Shown here one piece after another: positions 1-14,105 of a stretch of DNA of 64,000 bases. Source of the stretch: Octopus vulgaris (Eukaryota). Made by a program: the position numbers and the translations under genes. The DNA is taken from positions 41,292,001 to 41,356,000 of the forward strand of contig OX597817.1 in the NCBI GenBank assembly GCA_951406725.2, given 5' to 3'. Under the pieces are notes generated by a model, which had not been told where the DNA came from, did not search any database, and saw nothing but the letters and a program-made list of their open reading frames with translations. Position 1 is the first letter of the stretch. Every line of letters starts with the position of its first letter.

Positions 1-1296
1 TATAAAGGTAGTTAAAACACTAAAACTCAACAAAATCATATCAGGTGACAGACTTTGCTTTCATCATATACTATGATAAGGCACCCTGGTATCTTTACAG
101 TGTAGTGATAAACCTGTACTGCATCTTCAGTCACTGCAGCCCACCTGAAAAATGAGTCATGTGAGGTGGAGGTGGCTGTTACAGTGAGTGTTGCTGGCCA
201 TTCTCTGTGGCGATGCCTTTGCAATTACATCTTTAAGGGGCAATTGAACAAACCATTTCTTCTGGGATGTACACCCCTTTACTCTCTCCCCACCATATTC
301 TGCTGCTTAATTCTCCCTCCTCTTTTTTAAACTTTTTCTTTGTTTCCTTGGTGAGGTAGTTATGGGGGTTCTTTTTTTCTCACTTTTTCTAGCAAATATC
401 AATAATATATTATATTTTGTTCTCTTATATAAAATGATCTGTGAGTACAGCCATGGTTTGCATTGGTTTTGTAAATACAAAATTTGATCTTTTACACTTT
501 AGAAGTTTAATCTTTCTTTTCTTCCTGTTAAAATATGTTAAAAAAATGTGATTCATAAAAAAAAATAAAGACTGTAGGGATATCTATAGCTATTTACATA
601 GAAAAAAATTAAATACATTATTTAGCAAGTTGTTGAATTCTGTTATCTCCAAATCGAAAATAACATACCAAGAATTCTATTTTCCCAAGAACACCCACTT
701 CGCAGTTAGAAGATGTAAGGGACATAATCGATGATTTACTTCATCAATATTCTATAACACTTTAACTGACTGTGTGGCGAATTAAGTCATTGCTGTCTGC
801 ACTACTGTAAGTACAGCAGGAATAATGCCAAAGATTGAAGAGATGCCGGATATTTATTATTTTGTTATATTTATTTATTACAAGGAAATTACTCTCCTTT
901 TTTACGTGTCTTGACCTGCAGTAATTATGAAAGGATTAGTAGGGCTATAAAATGAAAGCTCATTTTTTTGGCCTCTTCAGAATTGAATACGAGAGAGCGA
1001 GAGAGAAATAAGGAGAGAAAACAGAGAGAGGGAGAGAAAACAGAGAAGGGGAAGGAAGGAGGGAGAGAGAGAGAAATAAAGAGAAAGAGAGAGAGAGAAA
1101 ACAGAGAGGGGGAGGGAGGGAGAGTGATTACTGCAAAAGCTGGTGATATAAAGTTCCTGCTGTTAGCACTACTACTATTAACATAACCAACAAAAGAACC
1201 TTTGTACTGTTGCTTGACATGCAAAAACAACAACCAAATCTCCTTCAAAATACACCTTGTTATTTTAAAGGAAAGTTGACATTAGTTAATGCAGAC

Positions 1297-1466
1297 CAGC
1301 GTTTCTCAACCGGGGTTCCACAAAAGGTTCCTAGGGGTTCTCTGAGAAAGAGTGAGATAGGCTAATTTCATGATTGTAATATAGACATCATCCTATTTAA
1401 GCTATTATGTTATCAAAATATATTACAACCATTGGGGATATATTTAGCAATGTCTGTAATCTATGG

Positions 1467-1517
<51 letters not shown>

Positions 1518-1667
1518 ATATACACATGTATGATATTTACCATGTAAACTATGATGAAGAAAAATATGAGAAAGATATGGTATATAGTTTGTTTTTGTAT
1601 AGGGGTTCCTCGAGACATGTTATTTATTTTAAGGGTTACGCAAGGGTAAAAAGGTTGAGAAACACTG
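1297..1667. mobile_element. hAT (Charlie-like) MITE
   Basis: TIRs CAGCGTTTCTCAACC / GGTTGAGAAACACTG; 8-bp TSD ATGCAGAC / ATGTAGAC. Confidence 0.85.
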
Positions 1668-2020
1668 ATGTAGACCACTGGCAGGAAAAAAGACAAAAAA
1701 CAGGAAAGCCACAACAGGAGCATATATGGTCATAGTTATGCATGGAACAAATATGGTCTGACCAGGGGATACGAACTAATAACAACTTCTGTATTTGAGT
1801 GCAATGTGACTACAAATACTTCATAAACCTCAATTCCCACTTTTTTTAGCAAATAGCAATAATATATTATATTTTGTCCTCTAATATAAAATGATCTGTG
1901 AGTACAGTCATGGTTTGCATTGGTTTTGTGAATACCAAAGTTATTGGTCTCCCTTCAATGTATGAAATGTAGAGAATTCCATTCTCTACTATCTGAGCCC
2001 ATCTTCCAAAAATCTAGTTA

Positions 2021-2225
2021 TTAAGGGGTGCTGAAAAATTCTTGGCTTTGGGTAAAAGAAAATACAGGAGAATCAGTTATGATTTTATTCAACATATTCC
2101 TCTCTCAGATTCACATATTGCAGCTATCCTTCAGTTTTTCTAAGCCCTGTAGAAGAACTTGGAAATCTGGGCCTCCAACCGGGCCTTTCATGAAACCCTT
2201 AAAACCAGGAGCCTTGTATGAGCAT
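2021..2225. mobile_element. Older copy of the MITE family seen at 53008-53227, opposite orientation
   Basis: GGGGTGCTGAAAAATTCTTGGCTTTGGGTAAAAGAAAATACAGG matches the reverse complement of the 53 kb copy. Confidence 0.7.
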
Positions 2226-2435
2226 CTAGCTGTGTAGGTTACATAAATGCAACAAAAGAGACCTGTGGTGCCAACTCTGCATTTGGATTTATGTGATGTA
2301 AGTATGTATCTCTTTGTATCACTGTTCATTGTAGGAGGGTTTTATGATAGCTGCTAGAATTAACAGGCATGCAATTTGAGGTTTATGAAGTATTTGCATT
2401 TAGTTGTGCCATGTTGGAGTTTCTTGTGGAGTCGT

Positions 2436-2765
2436 CATCATCATCATCGTTTAACGTCTGCTTTCCATGCTAGCATGGGTTGGACAATTTGACTGAGGAC
2501 TGGCGAACCAGATGGCTGCACCAGGCTTCAATCTGATCTGGCAGAGTTTCTACAGCTGGATGCCCTTCCTAATGCCAACCACTTCGAGAGTGTAGTGGGT
2601 GCTTTTAAAGTGCCACCAGCATGAGGGCCAGTCTGGCGGTACTGGCAATGGCCATGCTCGAAAATGGGTTTTTTACGTGCCACCTGCACAGGAGTCAGTC
2701 CAGCAGCACTGGCAATGACCTCGCTCGAATGTTTACTTCACATGCCACCGGCACAAGTGCCAATG
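2436..2765 (-). mobile_element. SINE/LINE 3' end with (GAT)n tail, RTE-type (plus-strand copies at about 34710-34990 and 52710-52920)
   Basis: CCAACCCATGCTAGCATGGAAAGCAGACGTTAAACGATGATGATG tail recurring many times in the window. Confidence 0.75.
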
Positions 2766-3185
2766 TGCTTAAAATATGTTAAATATAATAAGTTAAAAAT
2801 CATATGTGAAGTGACTGGAGACCAAGCAGTAGGCACATATTTTGATGCAATGAAAAGTGTTTCTTTTGTTGACCCCATTTAGATGGAATGGGTTTTTTGC
2901 TGTGTTCAATTTAAGATCCAATACTGTCGATGTTCTGTCTTAGGGAGAGTGTGATTGCTAAGCTGTGAGTTTGGTTATATGCAGCCAGGGACATATCACA
3001 GAAGTGTAGGACCAAGAGTCTATTCCCCAACATTGGCAAGATAACATTATCATCAGCTTCAAAAACAAGGGAGGTAAATCTGTATGTAGCTTTATATCTA
3101 AACAGGAAGCAACTATTGGCTTACACTCAATTCTCAAACCTAGGAAGCACTATTTTATTATAGTAAGATGGTTAATAATTTATTA

Positions 3186-3587
3186 ATAAATTATTAACCA
3201 TCTTACTAATAATGACTCTGAGAACCTTTTCAAACTCCACCTGTCTAACACCCATGGACATGTTTACAAAGTCAGAAAACATCACAACTCCCATGACTTT
3301 CAGAAACATTTTTTCACGCTAAGAGTTGCTGAAGTATGGAACAAACTGCCGACATCAGTTGTTAGTTGTTGGAGCATTGTATCCTTCAAAACTTCCATGC
3401 TTCCTGAGATTTGCCAATACCACACCTGATTTTCTCCTCTCCATACACATGCAAGCATGTATCTGACTCATACACTGTTCACCTCCCAGACATTTGTACA
3501 TTACTGCATATACTTTATACGCACTTTTGACAAGTTGTGGTGCACCTGAGCACTGTATACAATAATTTCATTATTATTATTATTATT
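3186..3587 (+). mobile_element. CR1-like LINE 3' fragment (RT C-terminus, 3'UTR, (ATT)n tail)
   Basis: KIINHLTNNDSENLFKLHLSNTHGHVYKVRKHHNSHDFQKHFFTLRVAEVWNKLPTSVVSCWSIVSFKTS; ends in ATT repeats. Confidence 0.85.
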
Positions 3588-4206
3588 CAACAATTTTACA
3601 CTAAATGAGGAGATTCTAAACGATCAAGACTCAAAAGACAGTTTTTCTAAATAACCACATTAGTGCCTCCATACCAAAGTTGTCATCAACTCTGCACTTT
3701 GTTTCTGTTCTCCAGTATGCATGTAAAAATATAGCATCCATACACAGCTAACAAAGATGCTGGAGTCCTTTAACATTCATTGTCTCTGGAAGATCCTTTC
3801 AAGTTTCAGGAACCTAGTGAGGTAGGATAACAGACATAGAAATCCGACTGGATTTTCATGTGTGAAATCTCATAGATTCACCAGTAGCAATGAATTCACA
3901 ACTAACAACTTTAGAGGCATCAACTGAGATTACTCAGACATGTGGTGACTATGTTTACCTCATGTTTTTATTGTAGGATGTTCAAACACCCTGTTACTCC
4001 ATGACCGATGCCTGGTGGGAGGCCTTCCTCACCCTCAGGAAAAGTGAAAATCCCAAAATTCAAAGACCAGGTGAAGAATACTTTGAAGAGGTGTAACAAT
4101 CACCCTTTAAGAGTTTGAGACACCAGTAATACACCACTCACTTTTGGAGCCACACTAATGGAAGGAGAGTTACCCAGAAGCACTGAGAGAGGGGGAGAAA
4201 GAGAGG

Positions 4207-4266
<60 letters not shown>

Positions 4267-4689
4267 GAGAGAGAATTCTATTATATTGCCAGCTTCAAAA
4301 TAATTGTGAAGTGAACGTTGGAATTCTTTTTGCATTTAAATCAGTAAATGGCTTGTACTAGGTTACCCAAAGAATTGTGATTTGTTATGAATTAAAGACT
4401 CTATGCCAAACATTGAATTATATAATGAATCTTTCTCTGACAAGAGACCAAGGAAATTTCCTAAACTTGAAACTGAATCATGTTAAGAACAGAATTCAGA
4501 TCAATGCATTTGTTTGAAATCCATGCTGAGTAATAACAGGCCTTTCCAAGCCAAACATTTCCATATCCATGACTGAAGCTGTACATCAATGACTAGGATG
4601 CACAACCATTAAAACAATCCATAAATGGAGGAGAATATTCAGCATCAGATTCAATCAACAATCACAAATATTTAATCACATATATTTAA

Positions 4690-5205
4690 CCAGATCTGCT
4701 GTGAAATGGTTTGAAGCTGTTTTATCTTTGTTCGATGTGAGGTTGTCTTCAAGCATCCAGTTATATAACATATTTGGTGACACTGAATCTTTTATTTTGT
4801 TTTGTATGAAGGTTCTTGTGAAAGGTAGAGACTATGATGTTATCTTCATCCTCTTGAATTCATGTTTGACATATGAATTCAAGTGGGTTCTCTTTGTGTA
4901 AGACTTGTGCTTTGTATAGTGTTTTAGAAACTCTCTTCAAATTGTGAATGTCTTCAAATCTCTGATGTAGTTTCTGATGTATTTGGTGATTGTGTTGGGC
5001 ACATTGGTTGTCCATATGGTTTTGGCTGAAAAGCATATGTTTATGTCGATAATGTCAAATATCTTGGTCAAGCTGAGGGATACCGTGTGAAAATAAAAGT
5101 TTCTTTTCATTGACACCTTCAGTGATGTTAAATGTTATGTAGCATGATTAAGGTGGTTTGACTGTTTTTGAATCAGTGTTGATGTGGTGTGTTAGGGACG
5201 TTGTT
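4690..5205 (-). mobile_element. Highly degraded non-LTR reverse transcriptase remnant
   Basis: Broken frames give SLSLTKIFDIID (LDLSKAFDTV-like), NVPNTITKYIRNY and WMLEDNLTSNKDKT in RT domain order. Confidence 0.5.
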
Positions 5206-5210
5206 CATAT

Positions 5211-5587
5211 AATAATAATGAAATTATTGTATACAGTGCTCAGGTGCACCACAACTTGTCAAAAGTGCATATAAAGCATATGCAGTAATGTACAAATGTC
5301 TGGGAAGTGAACAGTGCATGAGTCAGTTACATGCCTGCATGTGTATGGAGGGGAGAAAATCAGGTGTAGTGTTGGCGAATCTCAAGAAGCATGGAAGTTT
5401 TGAAGGATGCAGGGCTCCGACAACTAACAACTGATGCTGGCAGTTTGTTCCATGCTTCAGCAACACTTAGCGTGAAAAAATGTTTCCGAAAGTCATGGGA
5501 GATGTGCTGTTTTCTGACTTTGTGAACATGTCCATGGGTGTTAGACAGGTGGAGTTTGAAAAGGTGCTCAGAGTTATTGTTGGTAAG
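5211..5587 (-). mobile_element. CR1-like LINE 3' fragment, copy 2
   Basis: Reverse complement of 3200-3587; ORF 5360-5701 contains FFTLSVAEAWNKLPASVV. Confidence 0.85.
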
Positions 5588-6935
5588 GAAAGGAAGTATT
5601 GCATGACTTTTATCAAATGTTTTGGCAATGATGACATAGCTCTGCATGAAGTACCTATATTCCATGTGGCTTAAATATATGTACTGTTGTTGTGTCTCCA
5701 TCTGAGAGGCACAATATTTGTGTTTAGTAAGTTGTTAAAGGGTCATGGAAGAAAAATTATTGCTTTGGGCCTAAGTTTTTGAGTCTGAAGCAACGTTGCT
5801 ATTGTTGCTTATAAGCACAGGTCAGCTCTCATCAAACAGGCCTATGATCAAAAGTTGTCTAATCATAATCACTCCATCTATTTTTAAACATTGTGTCCAA
5901 GACTGCATTATTTAATGTGACTTTCACAGTAGAGTGCAATTTGTAAGCAATTTAGCTACTATTTCTAGCAACCAGTGTGACCACGAAGAGGCTCACTTAA
6001 GTGCTTGTCTGAAGCTTATATTGTCTGTCCTGGTAGAATTATGGCTACAGCTTGCATTGCTTGTATGGCGTTTATCATGATCTGACATATATGGTGGCCG
6101 TTCGGTTTTTTCACTTGCCTGTATTTTATTTTCTGGGTTGGCGTTTTCAACTTATTAATAAGGAAAATATTATAATAATAAAATATAACTATCGCCATCC
6201 TGTTTTTTTTTCACCTTAACTGCCCGTCCATCTCATAATGCTGTTTCATTTCTACGTTCAACGTCTTTTAACTACTTCTACCGTACGCTACAAACGAAAA
6301 ACGTAAAATCTATAATTTATGTCACAGTTACTATATTTCACCGAGACTAGCTTATGGGAACACTATTAACTACATTCTTGTTCACTTCCTTCTAATGCCA
6401 GAACTTGAACAAACATACAAAGCAAAGAAAACGATCATGAAATCGCCAAAGGAGTTCATCAATAGAAGGAAGATAACTCTTCCAAAAATACATAGAGTTA
6501 TCTCCCATCAGCTTAAATATTTTTAGAAAACCATTTTCTATTATTTTATAAAACACGATATGCAAGGGTAACGCAGTGCGGAAACGAATTCTTAACCCGA
6601 TAAGAATTTAGAGTTTTAACAAGGAAAACGGTGAACAAGTATGGCAGCAATTATAAAGGAGAGAAAAATGCATTGCTTTTGAGAGTAGTATATAGTGCAG
6701 CTAAATGGTTGTATTTATATTTTGTATATTTTGCATTTATATTTGCATATTTTGTATTTATATTTGCATATTTTGCATTCGTGTGTATGAATGGCAGAAA
6801 GATTCCAAGTTGTGCTAACCAACATTATTAATGCAGTTTAGTCTTTTATGAACGCCACAACTTCGATACACTACTTAACTCTGGAGATCTGGCGGTGGTG
6901 GTGGTGGAATAATATACATGCATGTTTGTGTGTAC

Positions 6936-6940
<5 letters not shown>

Positions 6941-7008
<68 letters not shown>

Positions 7009-7021
7009 TATATATATATAT
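6941..7021. repeat. (TA)n microsatellite
   Basis: Direct reading. Confidence 0.95.
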
Positions 7022-8145
7022 CAGAAAAAGTTAAGGTCTTTAATAGGTCTTCAGAGAAAAATATTTTATGCATAGAATTTCTCAACATTATTGATATGCT
7101 AAATTCTTGTTTATTTTTTTTTTCTTTCATAAAAAGAGAAATGAAAGGAAATGTAGATTTTTACAATAATTAAATTCAAAAGAAACCTTAAGATATGCAC
7201 AGGAATTAAATTTCCTCTCATTAAAATTGAACAAAATTTCAACAACAAACACTACAACACTTACAATACATTAGTTGTAGTGGAGAAGAGAAATTTTGAG
7301 TGGCAGAATTTCAGAATGCTATAACCATCGCAGAAGATCATTATCAATCAAATTAATTTAGCATACAGATCAATAATGATTTTAGTTCCTAGAAATTTCT
7401 TTTTATACAACAACCAAATAAACAACCAATAATCTTAGGCTTTCCTATTTTGATATTTTTCTGAATTTATTCACAACAAATTTTTGTATGTTTTAAGTTG
7501 TATCCAAACTTCCATAGCAATCAATCTTAAAAATATTTATTGATAAAATTTTAAAGCTATTCCTTAATGAAATATAATGTACTTTGTCTTGATTTAGAGG
7601 TCAAGTAACAAGATTCGTTGAGGAATTGGTTATAATGCAAGACAAGAAGTGTGCTGAGGTGCTCATAATGACTAATGACTACAAACAATAATGAATAATG
7701 AAAAATTTTGGAGACATCAATCCTAGACAAACCAGCAAAAGGAGCCTTTAATTTGCCACTCAGTTTACTAGAAACAACAGCCAAATTCCCCTAAATCACA
7801 CCCTATAATCTTAAAAATAGAGTAATGACAAAGAAGTTCAATAAATGACACACATACAACAGGAGCATCTATGGCTGCAAGTCTGCTTAACCAGGACAAG
7901 CCTGGAGTTAAACAAGAAACTCAGGTCTAGTATCTGTTCCTAACATCAAATTAGAATTGGGATCACAGAATGAGACAGATCTCTCAGGAATGGTTATGTG
8001 GTTAAGATGTTCACTTCACAACCATTTGGCTCTGGGGTTGATCTCACTGCATGGCACCATGGGCAAGTGTCTTTTATGGTAGGCTCAGCTTATCTAATAC
8101 TTTGTGAGTGGAATATAGTAGATGAAAACGGTTTGAAAGCCAGTC

Positions 8146-8531
8146 ATAATAATAATAATAATGATAATAATAATGAAATTATTGTATACAGTGCTCAGGT
8201 GCACCACAACTTGTCAAAAGTGCGTATAAAGCATGTGCCTTAATGTACAAATGTCTGGGAAGTGAACAGTGTATGCATCAGATTCATGCTTGCGTGTTTA
8301 TGGAGGGGAGAAAATCAGGTGTAGTGTTGGTGAATCTCAGGAAGAATGGAAGTTTTGAAGGATGCAATGCTCCGACAACTAACAACTGATGCTGGCAGTT
8401 TGTTCCATACTTCCGCAACTCTTATCACGAAAAAATGTTTCCGAAAGTCATGGGATCTGTGCTGTTTTCTGACTTTGTAAACATGTCCATGGGTATTAGA
8501 CAAGTGGAGGTTGAAAAGGTGCACAGAGTTA
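8146..8531 (-). mobile_element. CR1-like LINE 3' fragment, copy 3
   Basis: Same family; ORF 8315-8587 contains FFVIRVAEVWNKLPASVV. Confidence 0.85.
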
Positions 8532-9278
8532 AGTGTGTGTGTATGTGTGAGAGAGAGAGGATGGAGTAATGAAGAAGGTAAAAACAAGTATTTGATACAA
8601 TTGGTGGAATATTATGTGAATTGAAGTTGACACTACAGATTTCTGAACTCATGGTTCTACCTCTCCGATTCTTTGACAAAATATGACAATTTCTTTGGGG
8701 ACAAGTAACCCAAAGCTTTCAGTTATGCACAGACAGACTCACACACACACACACACACACGAACACAAACACATGAACCTAGTGAAGATGTGAGGCTATA
8801 TAGAAGACTCATCCAATATAAGCAAGAATGGAAAAATGATGATAATAAATGAAATGTAGTTCTTTAGAACTGCAAGGTAGTGAAGCAAAGGCAATTGAGA
8901 TGTTGTTGGGTAGTAGGGAATGAAGGCAGCATATGTGCTTACTGACATTAAAGAGAAAAAGAGCTATTAGGAGAGATTGGTGAATGAGGAGAATACACGA
9001 GAGAGAGAGAGAGAGAGAGTGTGTGTGGATCAAGTGAACCTAACAGAAGGACCAGTCATAGAAGTTGGCAGTGTTATGAACATGAGAGTAATTAAGAATA
9101 CAAAGGTAGAGGAGGCAGCTGGAATATTGGGTAAAGTTGTTGAGATGTTGAGAATATCTGGTGAGGTAGGTCGTATAATAGTTACTTTGAACTGTCAATC
9201 AGGTACTAAAAGGAAATTTCATATTCGATGACAAGCATAGTGGCATCATGATGTCAATTGCATTAAGGGCAAATGAGA

Positions 9279-9315
<37 letters not shown>

Positions 9316-9646
9316 AAACTACGGAAGCATCAAATTGATGGATCAGATCATGTTATGAAAGAGTTATAGGTCATTTGATTAGGAAGAGAAACTAATAATG
9401 CCTTCTTTAGAGGGAGACAACTACAGGAGAAATACTTAGCTAAAAGAAAGTCACTACACCTAGCGGTCATCAATTTGGAAATGGTCTATGAAAGGGTTCC
9501 ATACTCCATACCATTTCTCGCCTATGGACCCTTTGATTCCTGTATTACTCTACTGGACCCCCAAAGCCATTTGATGTGTAAAAAAAAATCCTACTGTATT
9601 TTTCTAATTAAATATTATTAGGAAGTATATAAAAAAAATTTAGATA

Positions 9647-10050
9647 GGCATAGGAGTGGCTGTGTGGTAAGTAGCTTGTTTACAAATCACATGGTTCCGG
9701 GTTTAGTCCCACTGTGTGGCACCTTAGGCATGTGCATTCTACTATAGCCTCGAGCTGACCAAAGCCTTGTGAGTGGATTTGGTAGATGGAAACTGAAAGA
9801 AGCCCGTCATATCTACGTATATATGTATATATATATGTGTGTATATGTTTGTTTGTCTGTGTTTGTCCCCCAACATAGCTTGATAACCGATGCTGGTGTG
9901 TTTACATCCCGTAACTTAGTAGTTCGGCAAAAGAGACCGATAGAATAAGTACTAGGCTTCCAAAGAATAAGTTCTGGGGTCGATTTGTTCAACTAAAGGC
10001 GGTGCTCTAGCATGGCCACAGTCAAATGACTGAAACAAGTAAAAACAAAA
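9647..10050 (+). mobile_element. tRNA-derived SINE, family A, full length
   Basis: Head GGAGTGGCTGTGTGGTAAG..GGTTTAGTCCC, core CCAAAGCCTTGTGAGTGGATTTGGTAGA, internal microsatellite, tail GACTGAAACAAGTAAAA; many copies in the window. Confidence 0.85.
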
Positions 10051-13000
10051 AAAAAGAGATATTTTGTCTACTTGAGAAGTATAAGCAATTCATAGCAGAT
10101 TTAACAAGACCTCCAAGGGCCACATAGACCCCAGTTGAGAACCCTTGCTCTAGTCTATCTCTGGCTAATATCAGATGGTAGGGGTGAGGGGTGGAGTAAC
10201 ACTGCTGATTGTCACTGATATGGTGGCTGTGTATTATTGACGTGTGTTTTGGCAATAGGTAAGCCATTTTTGGCAGAGAATGGTTGATAGTATAACTAAG
10301 GCATGAGTATCCGAGTATGCTGTGCAAAGACAAGACAATGGCAATAATGCCAAGAAGATAAACACAATTATTATGGAACTGTAAACCATGGAAAACCAGC
10401 ATATTTTGGAGCTGTTACAGCTAGATCCCAGCTCACTGCAGTGACTGCATCAATGATAGAGTGTGGGGCAAAATAAGCCAGGCATTCCTTGACAGCATTA
10501 ATGCTTATCAGCCTTATTAGAGGGATTGAGACTGCCAACATCACACACATAAGTATGTGTGTGTGTGTGTATCCATCCAATTGCTAGCTGATGGAGGGGA
10601 GAAAGTCCAGTAGTGCAGATTGTCTGCAAAATATGTATAACACACTCACACACATACAAACACAGAGCAGCCTTCTACATAGTGTCTAATGACTAAATTC
10701 CAGTGATAGTACGTTGTTCTTTTGAAGGGTATGGTAGAAGACAAGAACTGCAGCTATTGCACAGTTACTTTCAACCTGATGCACACATACACTTGCAAAG
10801 AAACTTCATAGAACTACAGTCTCACTTGTACACACACACACACCCCCGAGAGTAGTAATCTCAAAAATTACAATGCAGCAAACATTATGACTTTCGGTGA
10901 AATATAAAGCATAGAAAATAAGAATATAAGTTTATTTCAGAGAGCCTCTTTGTATAATTTAGCAATTCTTGCATTTAACACACACACACACACAAAGTAA
11001 GCGAAAGAATGTGAATAAACCACTTTTATATTATGCAAAATATACATGACAATAGTTGGTATATTCAATTAGATGCTTATCTGAATATCAAATCACTCAC
11101 ATTTGCCCATTCTTAATAATGGACAAAAGAAAATGAATAAAAAACTGAAATTATATATACACACATTAAATATACCCAAACATACACGCACATTAAATAT
11201 GTATGTATGAAAACATGAAAAAAGTGTTCAATAGAACTTTTATGTAGGAAGAGTGTTGATACTAATACATGTTAATTTATGGGAGTCACATACGGGTCTC
11301 ATATGGGGTTTTGTTTGATTAGCACTTCTGGTTGGCCATTCACATCAGTCAGTTTCCAACCAGAGAATGTGTACAGCCAACTTCAGGGTGGATTAAGAGG
11401 AACAATGTGTGTGTGTGTGTGTATAGGTGCAGGTGTGGCTGTGTAGTAAGTAGTTTGCTTCCCAGCCACATGGTTCTGGATTCAGTTCCACTGTGTGTTA
11501 CTTTGGGAATGAGCCTTCTACTACACCCTTGGACAAATACCCACAAACAAGTTATCAGATTTCTCTAACTTTTACTAAAATGAACTTCTCCCCAAGAAAA
11601 TCCCCCTATCATGTCGTCAATATTTACAATACCAATATGATACATGTAAAAACAAACTTGATCAAAAATAGAAAAAAGAAAAGCAATGAAAAACAACTAA
11701 GAAATCTATTAATAACACTACTCTCATCAGCAAACAAGGAAAATGAATAATGTATCACAAAACATAGTTACTGATGAGGTGGTAAAATATCAGCCAATCA
11801 ACAAATGCAAAAAGCAAGCCAATGATAAGCACAAACAAGGGACCACACCTACACAAATGACTATAGATATACCACTAAACCAAGTTGTGATAATCCTTGC
11901 CTGAAGATTGCAGTGGCATGAAACTCAAATTTTGCGATAAACATTCAGTTTTAACAAACCATGTGCTATACATCATTCATGCAACACCCTTCCTCATTCA
12001 TTCAACACAATGCTGCATGTGTGTCTGCACACACAAATAAATACACCCACTCCTGTTCATTACAATTTTACATCTGCTTTCTATGCTGTCATAATTTGGA
12101 CAAGTTAATATGGTCTGAGTTGATTCTAATGTGGAGTTATACCCGCTCCTTGCTACCATGCAGTATCACATTTCACACACAAGCATCATACAACCTGCTA
12201 TTTACTGAAAAGGAAAAGTTTTTGTTGCCAGCAAAGGTTGTAGCTTTTACCAATATGTTGTTACTCTGCTAACTATGCTTTCAGAATACTCACCCAAACT
12301 GCTACTTAGGGTACCTAACTAATGGAATCTATCAACTACCTCCAGGAAGCCTTCTAGGAATTTCAGAGAAGGGTTTTACTCCAAGCAGTTGTTACACAGA
12401 ATATGACCTTAGAGATCCTGGCACAAAGCTGAACTGCATTTCATCCAATAGAGGTTTCTAATAGACAAGCTGAGCATGTGCCATCAATAATGACGGTTAA
12501 TTGTAGTATTTCATACATAAATAAGATACATAATAATCACGCACATAAATATTCACATACTTCCCTTGTACATGCACACACATACACACATATACTCATA
12601 CAGAGTTGAAACGCTGATTTTTTTCACCCCTTCCTTCCTTATTCATCTACAACCCCTTCCTTTCTATCATTGCTATTACTTTCTCTCACTCCCTCTCAGC
12701 CAGGGCTATTACTCTCACTACTTCTCCTTTACTAGTGTCTCTCCTCCTCCGTGTCTGGCATGATTCTAGACAAATATATATATATATATACATACATACA
12801 TACATACATACATACATACAAATATATAAAAACACTATGCCAATTTTTATATTAGGAGATTGTGTAATAGCTCTTTCCCTAAAAGTTTCATAACCTGATC
12901 CAACAGTTTCCTATCTCTGCAATTTCCACTCCAATAATACATCTCTTGTATGATGATGCTTTTATGCAATCATCAGGTATGATACTTTCATGTATTACCC

Positions 13001-14105
13001 AATTGGCTATTTGAATGACTAAGACAAACCCTACTCTGTCAGATATTTTAATCAAATCAGTAATTGACAGACAAACTGCTATTCAAGCCATTGTATCCTT
13101 AATCACTTCATCTACCATAATGCTGTCAACTTGGATTGTTGGCTCCTCTTTTGAGTCTACCTGGGAGCAGACTCTCACTCATATGCATTCTCCATATTTA
13201 ACAGCCTCTCATAGTGGCATCTCCAAACCTTTCCTTTTTCAGCATCAGTAAGCACAAGAGTGCCATTATCATTTCATTACACACTTCTCCCTGACAACAT
13301 CTCTATTCTCTCTCCTCCACTGCCAAGCAATCTAGAACATCTCACAGCATATGCAAACCTCTCCCATGCTAAGTACATCTTGAATCTAGCTACTCTTCTT
13401 GCATTTTAATACGTTTTTTCCTTTTGTTGCACTCTTTCTTCCAACCTTTCTAAGCATATCAAAGCTTTTATGGTTCTATCCACACACATACACACACACA
13501 AAACTACAGTCACACAGGTCAAGATTGCATAATATAATAGCCATAACCAACATTAGTTTCAAAATATACAGTGGCATTTTTGACAGAGTCAATGTATTAT
13601 TTTTCAGTAATTTCCTAAACATGCATAGCTGTAGCTATGCATTGCATTATTAAGCATTATAGCACACACACACACACGTTGCATTTTATATATACAAATA
13701 TGATCAAAATTATACAGGATGTTATATTGCATCGATGGAATTTTCATACACAACATTTTGAATGTGAACAGATATTAGGTTATGGAACATATGCATTCAC
13801 TAAATCTTCTGCCAAGTTGAATTTTTTTTCAGAAAATTTTAAACATTCATAATAATTTCTATGAATGCAAGAATTCTATGCTTACACATGACATACAATA
13901 AATTTTTCAGAAGGGTTTGCTTTGCAACTATTATTCTATTATTGAGATATATATTTTGGCTGAATCAGTCTCTTGTTAGTCTGAATTTTCACATAGAATA
14001 CCAAGAGGCTGACTTGAACAAAATAAAATATCATTAATCCCTACCTTGGTATTGAGTCCCCTTTTTACCAACAGTTAATACAAAGCAGGTGTGTGTGTGT
14101 GTGTA

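Noticed and set aside
925-1735. ORFs such as 925-1248, 968-1186, 1397-1723 and similar ERER/YIYI/CVCV ORFs across the window
   Set aside because: Translations of GA, TA and CA microsatellites or of SINEs; no protein motifs.
6090-6630. Locally CpG-richer stretch, possible promoter
   Set aside because: No linked exon or ORF; equally compatible with a young unclassified repeat.
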